DNA from: Ministeria vibrans ATCC 50519
Lineage: Eukaryota > Protista > Filasterea
Length of the DNA stretch: 64,000 nt
Assembly: GCA_943704425.1 (NCBI GenBank)
Contig: CALSCP010000863.1
Location: forward strand, 1 to 64,000
Direction: 5' to 3'
The stretch's first letter is position 1. Each line of letters starts with the position of its first letter. Both the position numbers and the translations under genes were made by a program. The notes under the pieces are model-generated. The model did not search any database, was not told where the DNA came from, and saw only the letters and a list, made by a program, of their open reading frames with translations. Shown piece after piece: positions 30,575 through 42,123 of the stretch.

Positions 30575-30653
30575 CTCTCTCAAACTCTCTCTCTCTCAAA
30601 CTCTCTCTCTCTCAAACTCTCTCCTCTCCTCTCCTCTCCTCTCCTCTCCCCCT

Positions 30654-33600
30654 CTATACATCAACGCGCTCCACAGTGACATGCATGCCCAGTGGATCCA
30701 CTTGAACATCGTGGAAGACGAGCCCCGCAAACACATCGTCACTCAGCTGTGCACGCAGCAATGCCTCCACTGATGCCCGTGCATCTCTCTCCCGCGTCAC
30801 TATCGTCAAGAAACCCCCTCCACCCGCCCCTGCAAGCGAATATCCATACGCCATCGGCGACACAAGCTCAAAAATCTGTCGACAGTGCTCCGGTTCGCTC
30901 CCAGGAGCAATCTCCTTCTTCTGCTCCCAATATTTGGTCAGGCACCTTCAGAAAAACAACATTAGCTATTTTCCCGCACTGCGACAGGTCAAGTACCTTC
31001 CAACCGATTCAAGATCAAAATCCTGAAAAGCCTTCACACTCTTCTCCGCATTCTCAACCAGTCCATCAAAAATGCTCACGAGCTCAGGAATTCGCGCGTA
31101 CTACACAAAACGGATGTAAAAAGAGAAAGAATCCCCCACCCCCAGTCCAATGTCATCGCTCTCTCTTTTCTTCGTATGCACTACTTACCCAGTTGCGAAT
31201 GACTCCTTGAAGAAGATTGCGAGCGAGACGAGTCTTTCCCGTGTACACAAGCACCATGTGGCGTGAGAGTGTGTCGAGTTGCTCGGCGGACAGCGGCAGT
31301 GGCTCCGAGACAACATGGAGTGGTAGAGCGGCGGGCGAGCGCGCAACCTTGACGCCGCCTTGGATGCCGCCCACTTGATCCTGCCAGCCGCCGCCGGTCG
31401 TAAGCAGCTGCTCGAGATGCAGCACGGCATGCACTACGTCCGAGTCACTGTAGCCGGTGCCTGTCGCGCGCCACAATGCCGCTAGAATCGCACCTGCAAG
31501 GATGCTGGAAGTACCCAGGCCACTGCCCTGCGGCAGACTCGACATGGTGTGCAGTTCATAGCCGTGCGACGCAAGCTGTTCATTAAGTGGCGGTGCGTTC
31601 GACGCCAGAGACACAATTTTAGTGCACACAAAGGCGGCCTTAAGCAGCGCCCCCGGTATGCTCGGCTGGTCATAAGATGCCAGATCGTCGAGCGTGTCAC
31701 AGTGGATACGCGACACCTCCTGCGCGTGTTCACCGAGCAACACCAATACGAGATGTGGTTCGACAATACATCGGGCACGCGCCATAATTGGGTAGGCACC
31801 GTCAACGCGAAAGGCAACGTTGACCACCGCACCGCCATGCTCGTACGTGATAGGCGGCGTGTCGGTCCAGCCACCCGCCAGATCCATGCGTGCCGACGCA
31901 CGCGCCACTGCCCACTCGCCATCCGCAAGCAATGCAGTCGCGCGCGGGACTGTCTTGACAAACTGGTGTGCACTCATGACTGCCTGCCGAATAATAATCT
32001 GCGATGCGCGCTCGTAATGGCGCGCCGCGCGCACAAGAAGTTCGGGCGTGGCAAGCCAACGCGCGCGCTCGAGCGCTAGCATCTCAATACCGCGACTTAT
32101 TTCGCCCTGTTCCAGCATGCTAAAGGGTGCGCGCCATCGCTGATGGCCCGCAGGCCCACTGCGCAAACCCCCACGACCCGCCGCAAAAGCACCCAGCATC
32201 TCCGCAATGGCAGCGAACGAGCGGGCAGTCACGCCCGTGTCACCCCCACCCCCGTCGACACTCGGCACCGCCGCACGGTCCAGTGCGGTCAGCACACTGT
32301 GATTGCGCTCGCGCGCGCACCACTCAAAGTAAGGCAGCATGCACACTGTGTGGGTGGCGTGGCGCAGTGTCAGCACACATAGTTCGTTACCGATCATGGC
32401 AAAGAGACGCTTGCGCATGGCCAAGTGTGCTCGGACGTCTCCAAGTCGCTCGGCGGTTGCCAGACTGATGCGAGGCTGACGACGCCAGCGACGCAAAAAG
32501 GGACAGAAAGCGGAGGAGAAGGAGGAGGAGAGAGAGGAAGAAGACAGAGTGCCGGTGAGAGGGTTGGTGGAAGCGGAGGAACTGGCCGCCTGTAGCCACA
32601 AGGCCGTGTCAAGGTCCATGTCTTCGACGGGAAACAAGCGCGCGTGGTAGAATGAACGCACTGTTTTTTCTTGTTGTACGTCGCCCCACAGGTCATTTTC
32701 CGTGATTCCGGTGCGTGCAAAGAGGGACGCCCACGACTGGCCGCATACGGTGGCCTTGGGGTGCGTGTGATCCAGGTGAACATTGTCGCGTGTGCTGGCC
32801 ACGAGCAGAATGCGCGTGGTGGTGGTGGTCTTGGTGCTGCCAAAGCCTGTGGCAGTAAAGCTACCGTGCGAGCGGTTGTCGTTATTGTCGCTATTGATGG
32901 CGGTGGTAGAGTTGATGGTGTGTGTGGCGTCGACCAATGTGGTGGTCCAAAGGACAATATTGTCGTGGACCCTGTTGGTTTCGCCGCTGTGAGTGACGTG
33001 AGGCTCGAGGATTGGCACAAGCTGTGCGGAGGAGAACCCCACGGGGGTTGCAGGAGGCTCGTAGATGGCGGATGAAGAAGGGACTGTAAAGGAAGAGGCG
33101 GCAAGGACGGCAGAGGGTGCGCAGTCGGAGGGCGAAAAGAGATCGAGAAGCAGGGAATTGCGGCCAATGGACCAGCGACCACGCAGAACTGAATGAGCGA
33201 CAAATGAGCCCGCTCCAATGTGCACAAGTAACGGGTTGTCAAGAACCGAGTGCAAGACGGTGTGAGAAGGGTCGGGGGCGAGTGCATCGCAGTGTGGCTG
33301 GAGTTGGAGCGAACGCAGAGAGGCGTTTTGCGGCTCGCCGCGCGTGAGCTGTGCAACGCCACTGAGCAAGGGAGCGGGCGCTTTGATGCTGTGAAGGGTG
33401 GCACCGTGCAGTAAGACGGCACGGAGCACACCAGGTGTGCTGTGAAGCAGATTCCAGGCAGCCTCCGTGAAGAGCTCATGACGCTGACCCGGTGTGTTGC
33501 GTTTCGGAAGGGCCGCCTCAAAGCGCTCCTTGGTCATGCCCTCGGTGACGCACAGGAGCAACTCGAGAAACAGCGACATGCTCATAGGCTCGATTCCTGC

Positions 33601-34472
33601 ATCGATACCTAGGTAGGTGCAGGCATCGAGGGGGGAGGTGACGTGAAAGCGCAAGAGGCGGTCGGCAAGTTCCTTGCTGAGAAACACAATGGCCGACACA
33701 CTTGTGGCATACTCGTCACCGGTGGTCACGCGCAGGGACTCGAGCAGTTCAGACGACGGCTCGGAAAAGATTTCAACAACATTGCCGGCTGCCGAGGTGC
33801 GGTAGGCGCCAGCAATGTGCGCCTGAGACCATGGCATGGGAACGGCAAAGGCGACCGCTGCGGGAGATTCACGCACAACCGTGTCCCAGTCCACGCGAAA
33901 CGTCGACTCTCTGGGCATGTGAACGGAAACGTCGGTCGAGGCAACCCAGACGCCGCACGAGGGCGAGCCTGGGTACAGATAGGTGGAAATGAGGTGCAAC
34001 AGATTGTCGAGCGCGGTCAACGGCAGTGAACTTTGCGCGACCACTGGCAACGCTGCGAGCGCCGAGCCACACGGATCCCACTGCGAGAGGCCCGAATGAA
34101 CAATTAGAAAGCGTGACGAGGCTAGCAGCTCGGGATTGACCACGGAATAGCCGTGTTGTGCGCTCAAATGTTCCACCGCAACCAACAGCGCATTGACGGT
34201 CGCGCCACCTAAACAAACCCCAAAAGGCACAACAAAATAATAATAAAAATGAACAGCGGTGTGAACAGGTTGTATGCTGTGCACGTTGTTGTGTCAGCCA
34301 GGGTGATACCGGAACCGATGCCGCGCTGGGGATCGCCCGCGGCGAGAAAGATTGTATTGTTGTCAAAACAACGCGCATTGCTTCCACGGTGTCGCTCGAG
34401 TTCGTCGCGCAGCGCCTGCGCGTAATGGTGCAGTCGACTTGTAACCACGACGACTGTCAGTGGAGAAGTCAT
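30654..34472 (-). CDS. FCSK: L-fucose kinase (GHMP kinase with an N-terminal pyrophosphorylase-like region)
   Basis: DPQRGIGS|GGATVNALLVAVEHLSA, PLDACTYLGID, GGLRSGPA, LLVRAARHYERA, ARMDLAGGWTDTPP, LPQGSGLGTSSILAG, EQLLTTGGGWQDQVGG, VYTGKTRLARNLLQ and LAGAGGGGF. Confidence 0.95.
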
Positions 34473-34563
34473 ATTTTAAATAAATAGAGAATCGAGAAAT
34501 GTTTCAGTTCAGCGAGATCCAAAATCTAAAAAATCAGCTTACGTCGTACACTTTTGTTTATAT

Positions 34564-37032
34564 ATGGAAGCGCGTGTGGTCAGTGACGATGAGGTGGGCG
34601 TGACCACGGCAACGTTTCGTCGCGGCACCATCCTGATGGCTGTGGCGAGCATGCGATCGTCGGGGTTCGCAGCGGGAGACATGGTCGTGCTGCAGCGCTG
34701 TTCGGGGCGCCAGCGCAGTCGCGTGCGGCAGTGGGCTGCTGCAGAGGTGTGGCCATGGCCCAGAGTCGAGCAGGGATGCGTGGCCATGGGCGGCGTGATG
34801 CGTTTCAATGCTGGTGCTGGTCTTGGGGACTCCGTCGCCATCCGCCCTGCGTCTCCTCCTGAGGTACCGCACATCCGTCCCTTGAAACTAGCTGTGTTCT
34901 TGCGTTGGACCCTTCCTGCTGGCATTCACCCCCCTCTTCTTCTTCTCTTCTTATGCAGTGGGCGTTTCACATTGTCGTGCGCTTTCTGCAGCCCATTGAC
35001 GCCTCCTCCTCCTCCTCCTCCTCCTCCTCCTCCGCACCATCGACTGCCGCCGCCTCCGCGCCAGGCTTGCTTGACAGTCTGCGCCAACAGTTGATGGGCC
35101 GAGCTTTCTTAGCTGGAAACCGCTTTCGTGTGCCCTATCGCGGCGATCTGCACCAATTTGAGATTGTGTCTGTGCGCAGCGAAAACGAAGACCACGCGAA
35201 TGACAAGCGCAGCACCACTAGCACCACCACCAGCCTTAAGCAGCTTTTTCGATGCCACGCGGCACGAACCACCATCTCAATTGAGAGCACAGTGAAGCGT
35301 GTGTCGTCGGCAGTCACCTCAAGCAGCACCAGCAGCATTCCCATTGGCGGCATGCGTCATCAACTGGCGACTGTCCTCGAAGTGGTTCACCTGCCCATTC
35401 GCGAGCCAGAGCTCTTTGAGCAACTGGGAGTAGCGCCGTCAAGAGGCGTCCTCCTGTACGGACCGCCGGGCACGGGCAAGACGATGCTGGTTCGCCATGT
35501 CGCAGAGACGTGTGGCTGTGCGACTGTGTGCATCAATGGGCCTGACATTGTTGGGAAGTACTATGGCGAGAGTGAGGCTCGGCTACGCGCTGTGTTTCAG
35601 GAGGCGCGTGCGTCGGCACCGAGCATTGTGTTCATTGACGAGATTGACGCGTTGTGTCCGTCGCGCGACGAAGCGACGCAGGAGAGTGAAAAGCGTTTGG
35701 TGGGCACACTTCTGACCCTGATTGATGAGCTCAATGAGGCGCCGTTACGAGCACACGTGGTCGTGATGGGGGCGACCAACCGCGTGGACTCGCTCGATGC
35801 GGCTTTGCGTCGACCAGGGCGGTTTGACGTGGAAGTGGAGTGTGGCGTGCCCAATGTGGCAGAGCGACAGTTGATTCTTGAGGCTCTTTTGGCCACTGTG
35901 CCGCATTCGATTGATGCCAGTGCCATTGCCAAGTGTGCCAGGGACAGCCATGGGTTTGTCGGTGCCGACTTGTCCGCAGTCGTGAAGGAGGCGGGGTTGT
36001 TGGCACTACATCGCACGCGCACGCTAGACGGTAGCGGTGGTCGTGTGCTTGAGCTGACCACGGCGGATTTTTTGAGTGCGTTTCCTCGTGTACGCCCGAG
36101 TGCGATGCGAGAAGTCGTTGTGGACATCCCACGGGTGCGCTGGGAGGACATTGGCGGGCAAACGGCCGTCAAGGCGCGGCTGCGTGAGGCCGTCGAGTGG
36201 CCCCTGCGCCACCCTGAGGCCTTTGCACGCATGGGGATACGCCCGCCGCGTGGCTTGCTGCTGTACGGCCCGCCTGGCTGCAGCAAGACGTTGACAGCCA
36301 AGGCGCTCGCAACCGAGTCGGGCCTCAACTTTATTGCTGTCAAAGGACCCGAGCTATTCTCCAAGTGGGTCGGTGAGAGTGAACGTGCTGTACGTGAGCT
36401 GTTCCGGCGTGCGCGACTTGCGGCACCTTCTATCATCTTTTTTGATGAGATTGACGCGATGGCGGGGCAGCGCAGCGGAGGGACAGGTGGTGGTGGTGTA
36501 GGTGACCGAGTGCTGTCGCAGCTGCTGCTAGAGCTAGACGGGATTGAGCCGCTCAAGCAAGTGATTGTGCTCGCGGCAACGAACCGACCGGATCTTGTGG
36601 ATACGGCACTGTTGCGTCCCGGTCGCATTGACCGCGTGATGTATGTGGGACCGCCCGACGAAGGTGCGCGTGCCGACATCTTCCGCATTGCCATGCGCCC
36701 CATGCCCGTCGCCGACGATGTACGCGTTGAGCGACTTGCGGCCGCCACCGATGGCTACAGCGGTGCCGAAATCACCGCGGTGTGTCGTGAGGCGGCGCTG
36801 CTTGCCATGGACGCCGACCGTGATGCCCGTCTCGTCGAACGGGAGCATTTTGTGCGTGCCATGCTCAACATCACGTAAGCTAATTCTATCCTCTCTTTCT
36901 GTGTGTGTACACGTATGTCCGCATGTATGTTTGCTGACCAAGGGTTTTCGTTCTTGTAGTGCGGGCATATCTGCATCCTCTATTGAATTCTATGACAAGT
37001 TCACCAAGACGTGCAATTTGAATGTTGTATAA
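34564..37032 (+). CDS. AFG2: AAA+ ATPase AFG2/SPATA5/Drg1 (60S ribosome maturation)
   Basis: Two AAA modules: GPPGTGKT / IVFIDEID / RRPGRFD and GPPGCSKT / IIFFDEID / LRPGRID. The second Walker A GPPGCSKT and the RPSAMREV linker are typical of AFG2. Three exons. Confidence 0.92.
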
Positions 37033-37132
37033 AACTTTACTGTTTGTTATAATTTTTATTGTGTATGTTGTCTGTATACAATGGTAAGAGTAAGGATATG
37101 ACTATGGTGCTGGTCGGGCCTTGTTGCTGCTG

Positions 37133-37619
37133 TTAGTGAGGCTTCATTTTGTCCTTGGACGAGAGGTAAACAATGCGGCCGCACGCGAGCAACGCCGTGA
37201 TGCCCACGGAGAAGAGGGAGGCGGCGTTCCACTCGCCAAGCGCATTGACGAAGGGGATGAAGGTCGCAATGTAGACGGCGTCGCCAAAGAGAAAGGTCTC
37301 GGTCATGAGAGTGCACGCGTGGATGTCTAGAGGGGGAGGGGGGGAGGGGGAAGAGGGGGGAGACGGGTCAGGGACGACACTGGCTCTGTCTGCCGCTTCC
37401 ACACGAACCCTGTTGCTTGAGAGAGCGCAGCAGCTGAAAGGCGCTCATGACAACCATGACACCGAACCACTGGGCGACGTAGAGCGTCAGCTCGTTGATG
37501 AGGTAGTGGTTTTCAGGGCGCAAAAAGGGACGCACACCAAAGTCAGGATTGACAATGTACATGAGGCCGCTTCCGGCGGTCAGCAGGAACTCAAACAGAG
37601 CAAATGCAGCAAACACCAT
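37133..37619 (-). CDS. Small multi-pass membrane protein of unknown function (2 exons)
   Basis: MVFAAFALFEFLLTAGSGLMYIVNP...WFGVMVVMSAFQLLRSLKQQ|DIHACTLMTETFLFGDAVYIA...LLACGRIVYL; about 4 hydrophobic segments and a phase-compatible GT-AG intron. Confidence 0.7.
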
Positions 37620-37825
37620 CGATGACAAATAAAAAGGACGATAAAAAAGAGTGCTGACGCCTGATCAGTACAGACTACAGAGTGTTTGACTCAAGACTGA
37701 TTCAAGTTTCTTATAACTAACTCATGATCACCTGATTCACCTCATTATTAAGTCATTAATCATTATTGATTATTCTTCTTTTTTAAGTATATCACCCCTG
37801 TATATCCCTAGAGTACACGTTCCGT

Positions 37826-40356
37826 ATGACGGACGTACTGAGGGTAACGCTGCGCGCAGGAAACGCAGCTGAAGACAATGAGGTACAATACAAATATCTA
37901 CATTTTCCAACACCAGCGTGCCATCTGCTCCCCTTCATCCCCCCCCCCNNNNNNNNNNCCCCCCCCCTCCCTCTCTCAATGACGCGTGCGACGTGTCCCC
38001 TCCGTCACTGTCTTTTTTGACCTGAACATTGTTTTTGTGATTGACATTAAACTTTCCGTTTGAAAGAACCGCGCTTTTCGGGGGAGCGATTCTACAGCCT
38101 TGCCGCGCGCTTTGTCGCCCACCACCATACACCACCATCAGAGACTGTTGCTTGGCGACAAGGTAGAGTGCGCTGGTGAGTCGGAGTCGCGCAGGAATCG
38201 ACCCAAGACGTTTGCGAAAAACGACGCTGTCTCTGAACAAGCGCCGTCAGCGCGCCTCAAGGAAGTTGCCGCCATGCAAGAGCGTGTGCAGCGTCTGCAG
38301 GAGGCGTACAGCACGCGAAAGCAACGGTTGCTTCGGGAACAGCGCGACGTGCACTTGCAACGGATTCGTTCGCTCACCACTCCACCTTCAACCGCCAAGC
38401 AAGCAGCGCCGCCCACGCCTCGCGCCGTCACTGTCGCACCGACACCGCCATCAACCACTCCTGCTGCTGTGTCTGACGCTGCGGCGGATGCGGCACATGC
38501 CTCTGTGACGAAGGCGCGCTTGACAGGTCGTGTGACAGCTCCCAAGACACAACCTCGACCCTACACACTTGCACCCGCTTCGCAACATCGTGTCCGCAAG
38601 CCCCAGCCCCTTGCAATGGTACAATCACTGCCAGCGAAGGTTCCGCAGCCTCGAGCGAGCGAGCCACCGTCAAAACCAAAGGAAACGCAAAAGGACGACC
38701 AAGAACGACCCTTCACACGCGTCACAGACCTTCTTGGTGACCCCTACGACTACGGCGGTGTGAACTGCCTTCTGCGCAATGCACGAGCTGCGCTCTTTGC
38801 CGCAGACCGTGCCGCTAGCGAGACCACGGCGCTTGATCGAGCGCGCGTCGCCGCCCGTCGTATGGATGCCCATGCCAATGCTCATGCCACTTCAACCCCC
38901 GCCCCGTCGTCCTTGGACGGAAACGACGATGTTCAAGCACGCGCCGCTTTGCTTGTCGACGATGCCATTGGCCGTATCGCCGTCGACGACCAACTTCCTC
39001 GCCGACCCCTTGCCCCATCACCTGCTCCCTCTCTCTCCCATTCCGCGGCCCACCATCACCACCGTCGTCACCGCCACCATCACCAGCACCCTCACCGCCC
39101 TCCTCCCCCTCCTCTCGAACCTCAACAGCCTCCCTTTGACGACATCTACCTCAGACACATTTATGGTCGAGCCCACTCCACCTCTCGTGCTCACTCTATC
39201 AACACTCTTCCTCCTCCCCATCATCATCGTCCGGTTGCCCGTCCCGCCCACACCAACGTTCCTCCTCCTTCTTCCCATCATCGCTCTGTTGCCCGTTCCG
39301 TTCACTCCAACACTCCTTCTCATCGCTCCGGCTCCTCTCCACCACCCCGTCACTCTGCTCAAGAACACGTGTCAGATCCATTCTCGAGTGACGACGAACA
39401 AGACCCAGTCGACGTGCGGTCGCCCTCGCGTACGACTGTGAGCCAGGGCTGCAACACCTCCATCATGCATACAGCTGTACCGGTCTTGTCTGTTTCCATT
39501 CAGACCAGTCCCTGTCCTTCCCCTACTCCAACTCTCACCCCAAGTCCATCTCCACCTCCGTCTGTTTCTCATCCTCAGGTGGCCCCTCCTTCTTCTTCGT
39601 CACCTCCACCGCCGCCACTCTCGACCTTTCTTCATGTGCAAGACACCACTGCCACTGACGAACCACACACGGCCGTCGCACACGTCACTTTTCACCAGCG
39701 TCCACCCAGCGACTCGCCATCTCCTACCCCTTCCTCAACACTATCTCCGTCTGCTCGCACTCGCACCGCCGCCGCCGCCTATGCACGGGCACTCGCAGAT
39801 CGTGCTCTTGCGACGTCCCCTCCACCGCGTCAGCCCAACCAACGTCACGTCGCCACAAGTGTGTCGCCACCACCGACATCCCCGTCCTCCCGGGCCTACC
39901 TTCACCAGCTCGTCCGCGAACAGCTCGCCGAATCCCTTCTTGCCTCAGTCGTCGAGCAGGCACGTCGTGACAAGGCACATGCCGAAGAACGCGCTCAGGC
40001 GGCTACGCAGGAGGCGCGGGAAGCGCGCACTGCTGTTGTAGAGGAAGCCACCGTGCGCGCCCTCGAACGCATCCAAGAAGCCGAGCGAAGCGCCGCCGCT
40101 ACTGCAACTGCTGCGTCGCAATCGCAATCGCATTCGCAATCGCCGAGTCACTGTTGCTCTCATCACCCTTGCATTCACATCTGCCATGCCCACTCCACAC
40201 CTCCTCCTCCCACCACAACCACCACCGATGTGCGTCCCTGTGCCACGCAAACGGACCCTTCCTCGCCTGTGCGCGTCGCCGTCGCCGCCGCCTCCACTTC
40301 GCCTATTCTCTTTGACGAACCTTCTCCTTCTCCTTCTCCTCCTCTTCCTTCTTCTT

Positions 40357-40387
<31 letters not shown>

Positions 40388-40967
40388 GCATCCACTTGAA
40401 ATGGCGCCACTTGCACCTGCAATGGGCATCTCGCTTGAAGATGATCTCTTACCACCCGTGATCCCACCGCCCGACGACCCGTACGAGTCTACTGACGACG
40501 AACAAGTCCTTCCCCCGTGGACAAGCGAAGACTTACGTGTCCCAGCACCCCATCGTCGCGTCGCCTCCAATACATGCAATGGTGTTGCAATCGACGAGCC
40601 ATCTCTATTGCTTGCGGACGACGAAGGCGACGACGACGATGATGACGATCACCGTGGCAACCCTCCTTCACACCGCCGAGTGACACCGCCATACGTGTCG
40701 GGCTACCTTAGCGGCGACAGCTCCTCGTCCGTGCCAAGCAGCGTCGATTGGACACTCTCCGTTGGCGAGGCAGTCTGGGACGAGCTGAGTGACGGCGAAA
40801 TGGACGTCCGAAACGGACACGATGATGAACGCAAAGCCAAAGCGGCACATAACGAGCCGGTACCAATTGAGACGGACAATGACAATGATGACGATGACCT
40901 TTTGAGTGATGGGGAGTTGCCCCCTTGGTCTCGCATTGATTCCTCTTTTGGTGAAGTGTACAATTGA
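37826..40967 (+). CDS. Long P/S/T/H-rich coiled-coil protein, possibly TALPID3/KIAA0586-like
   Basis: A short first exon is followed by an open exon of about 955 aa. DDIYLRHIYGR and the C-terminal S[VD]GE repeats (LSVGE, LSDGE x2, SFGE) are reminiscent of TALPID3. The gene is solid; the family call is weak. Confidence 0.6.
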
Positions 40968-41223
40968 AAATATTATAGTAATAATTATACAAATGATACT
41001 ATTATTGGAGAATCGAGAGCTGTGTAACTCAATGTCAAAGCAAGATATCACAAATAATAATAATTAATTTATTATTAATTATTTTGGTGATAAATTGATT
41101 AGATCTTTTGATTCACCTCACATTCATGAGTTAGTATATGGCTTAATGCCTAATGGCGGAATAATTGTATTATTCGTTTGTCAATAAACTATTAAAAGAA
41201 GAAGAAGACAGTAAATTTTGACA

Positions 41224-41373
41224 TTGAGTACAACTCTCAAATCTCTATCAAATTACTCGTCGTAATTGATTTAATAATAGTAATAATAATAATAAATTGA
41301 GTACAACTCTCAAATCTCTATCAAATTACTCGTCGTAATTGATTTAATAATAGTAATAATAATAATAAAATTA

Positions 41374-41431
<58 letters not shown>
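41224..41431. repeat. 73-bp perfect tandem duplication (41224-41369) followed by a (TTA)n microsatellite
   Basis: ttgagtacaactctcaaatctctatcaaattactcgtcgtaattgatttaataatagtaataataataataaa starts at both 41224 and 41297. Confidence 0.92.
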
Positions 41432-41432
<1 letters not shown>

Positions 41433-41475
41433 TTGTTCTGAATAACAATTATAACATTTTTATTTCCAATTTATT

Positions 41476-41982
41476 ATGTCCGTCACCGGTACCGCTTTCC
41501 TCTTGGTCCTTGTGTCCAACTCTGTCCTATTGGGCGCACCATCTTGGTTTTTTCTGATCCAGTCGCCCAAACTGTTTCGCTTTCTTGGTCGCGACAAGTT
41601 CGTCCCTCCCATGATGACCATGACGCGTCTTCTGTTCCGATGGACACTCCCCATTGCAGCAAGCATCATGGCAAGCGCAACGTATGTTCTGCTGCGCACT
41701 CCTTCGACGAGCACGCTGGTGTTTGCCTGGTACTTGCCGCAATGCGCCGCGCTCGCGTGTCTTGCCGTCTTTGCGAACTCTCTCATCGTCGTCCCACGCG
41801 CGCTGAATGCAGGCGCGCGATCCTTCAAAGCAAACGACTCGACCAACAAGCTTAAAGACTTCATTATTGACGGCGCGTCGGAGAGTGGAACCAAGTTTTG
41901 GCATCAGACTGTTGTGCTGTTTGTTGTGCTCGGCCTTGCTGGAAGTGCCGGTGTGTTTGTCTCGCTCGCAATGGTGCACTGA
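41476..41982 (+). CDS. Four-TM membrane protein, TMEM205/DUF4149-like, single exon
   Basis: 168-aa ORF with four hydrophobic segments. WFFLIQSPKLFRFLGRDKF, NSLIVVPRA and KFWHQTVVL resemble the DUF4149 pattern. Confidence 0.65.
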   Translation: MSVTGTAFLLVLVSNSVLLGAPSWFFLIQSPKLFRFLGRDKFVPPMMTMTRLLFRWTLPIAASIMASATYVLLRTPSTSTLVFAWYLPQCAALACLAVFANSLIVVPRALNAGARSFKANDSTNKLKDFIIDGASESGTKFWHQTVVLFVVLGLAGSAGVFVSLAMVH

Positions 41983-42123
41983 GGAAACCCTTGCCCTTGA
42001 ACCTCCAGCGGATGTTTGTTGTTGACTTGTTGTTGTTGTTGTTGTTGTTGTTGTATGATTTTTGTTTTAAAAATGAAATTTTTTAATCATTCATTATATT
42101 TTTTGGTACGCTTTGATTTTTTC

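Noticed and set aside
35597-36748. 383-aa antisense ORF
   Set aside because: It is the antisense mirror of the GC-rich AFG2 coding sequence and has no recognisable motifs.
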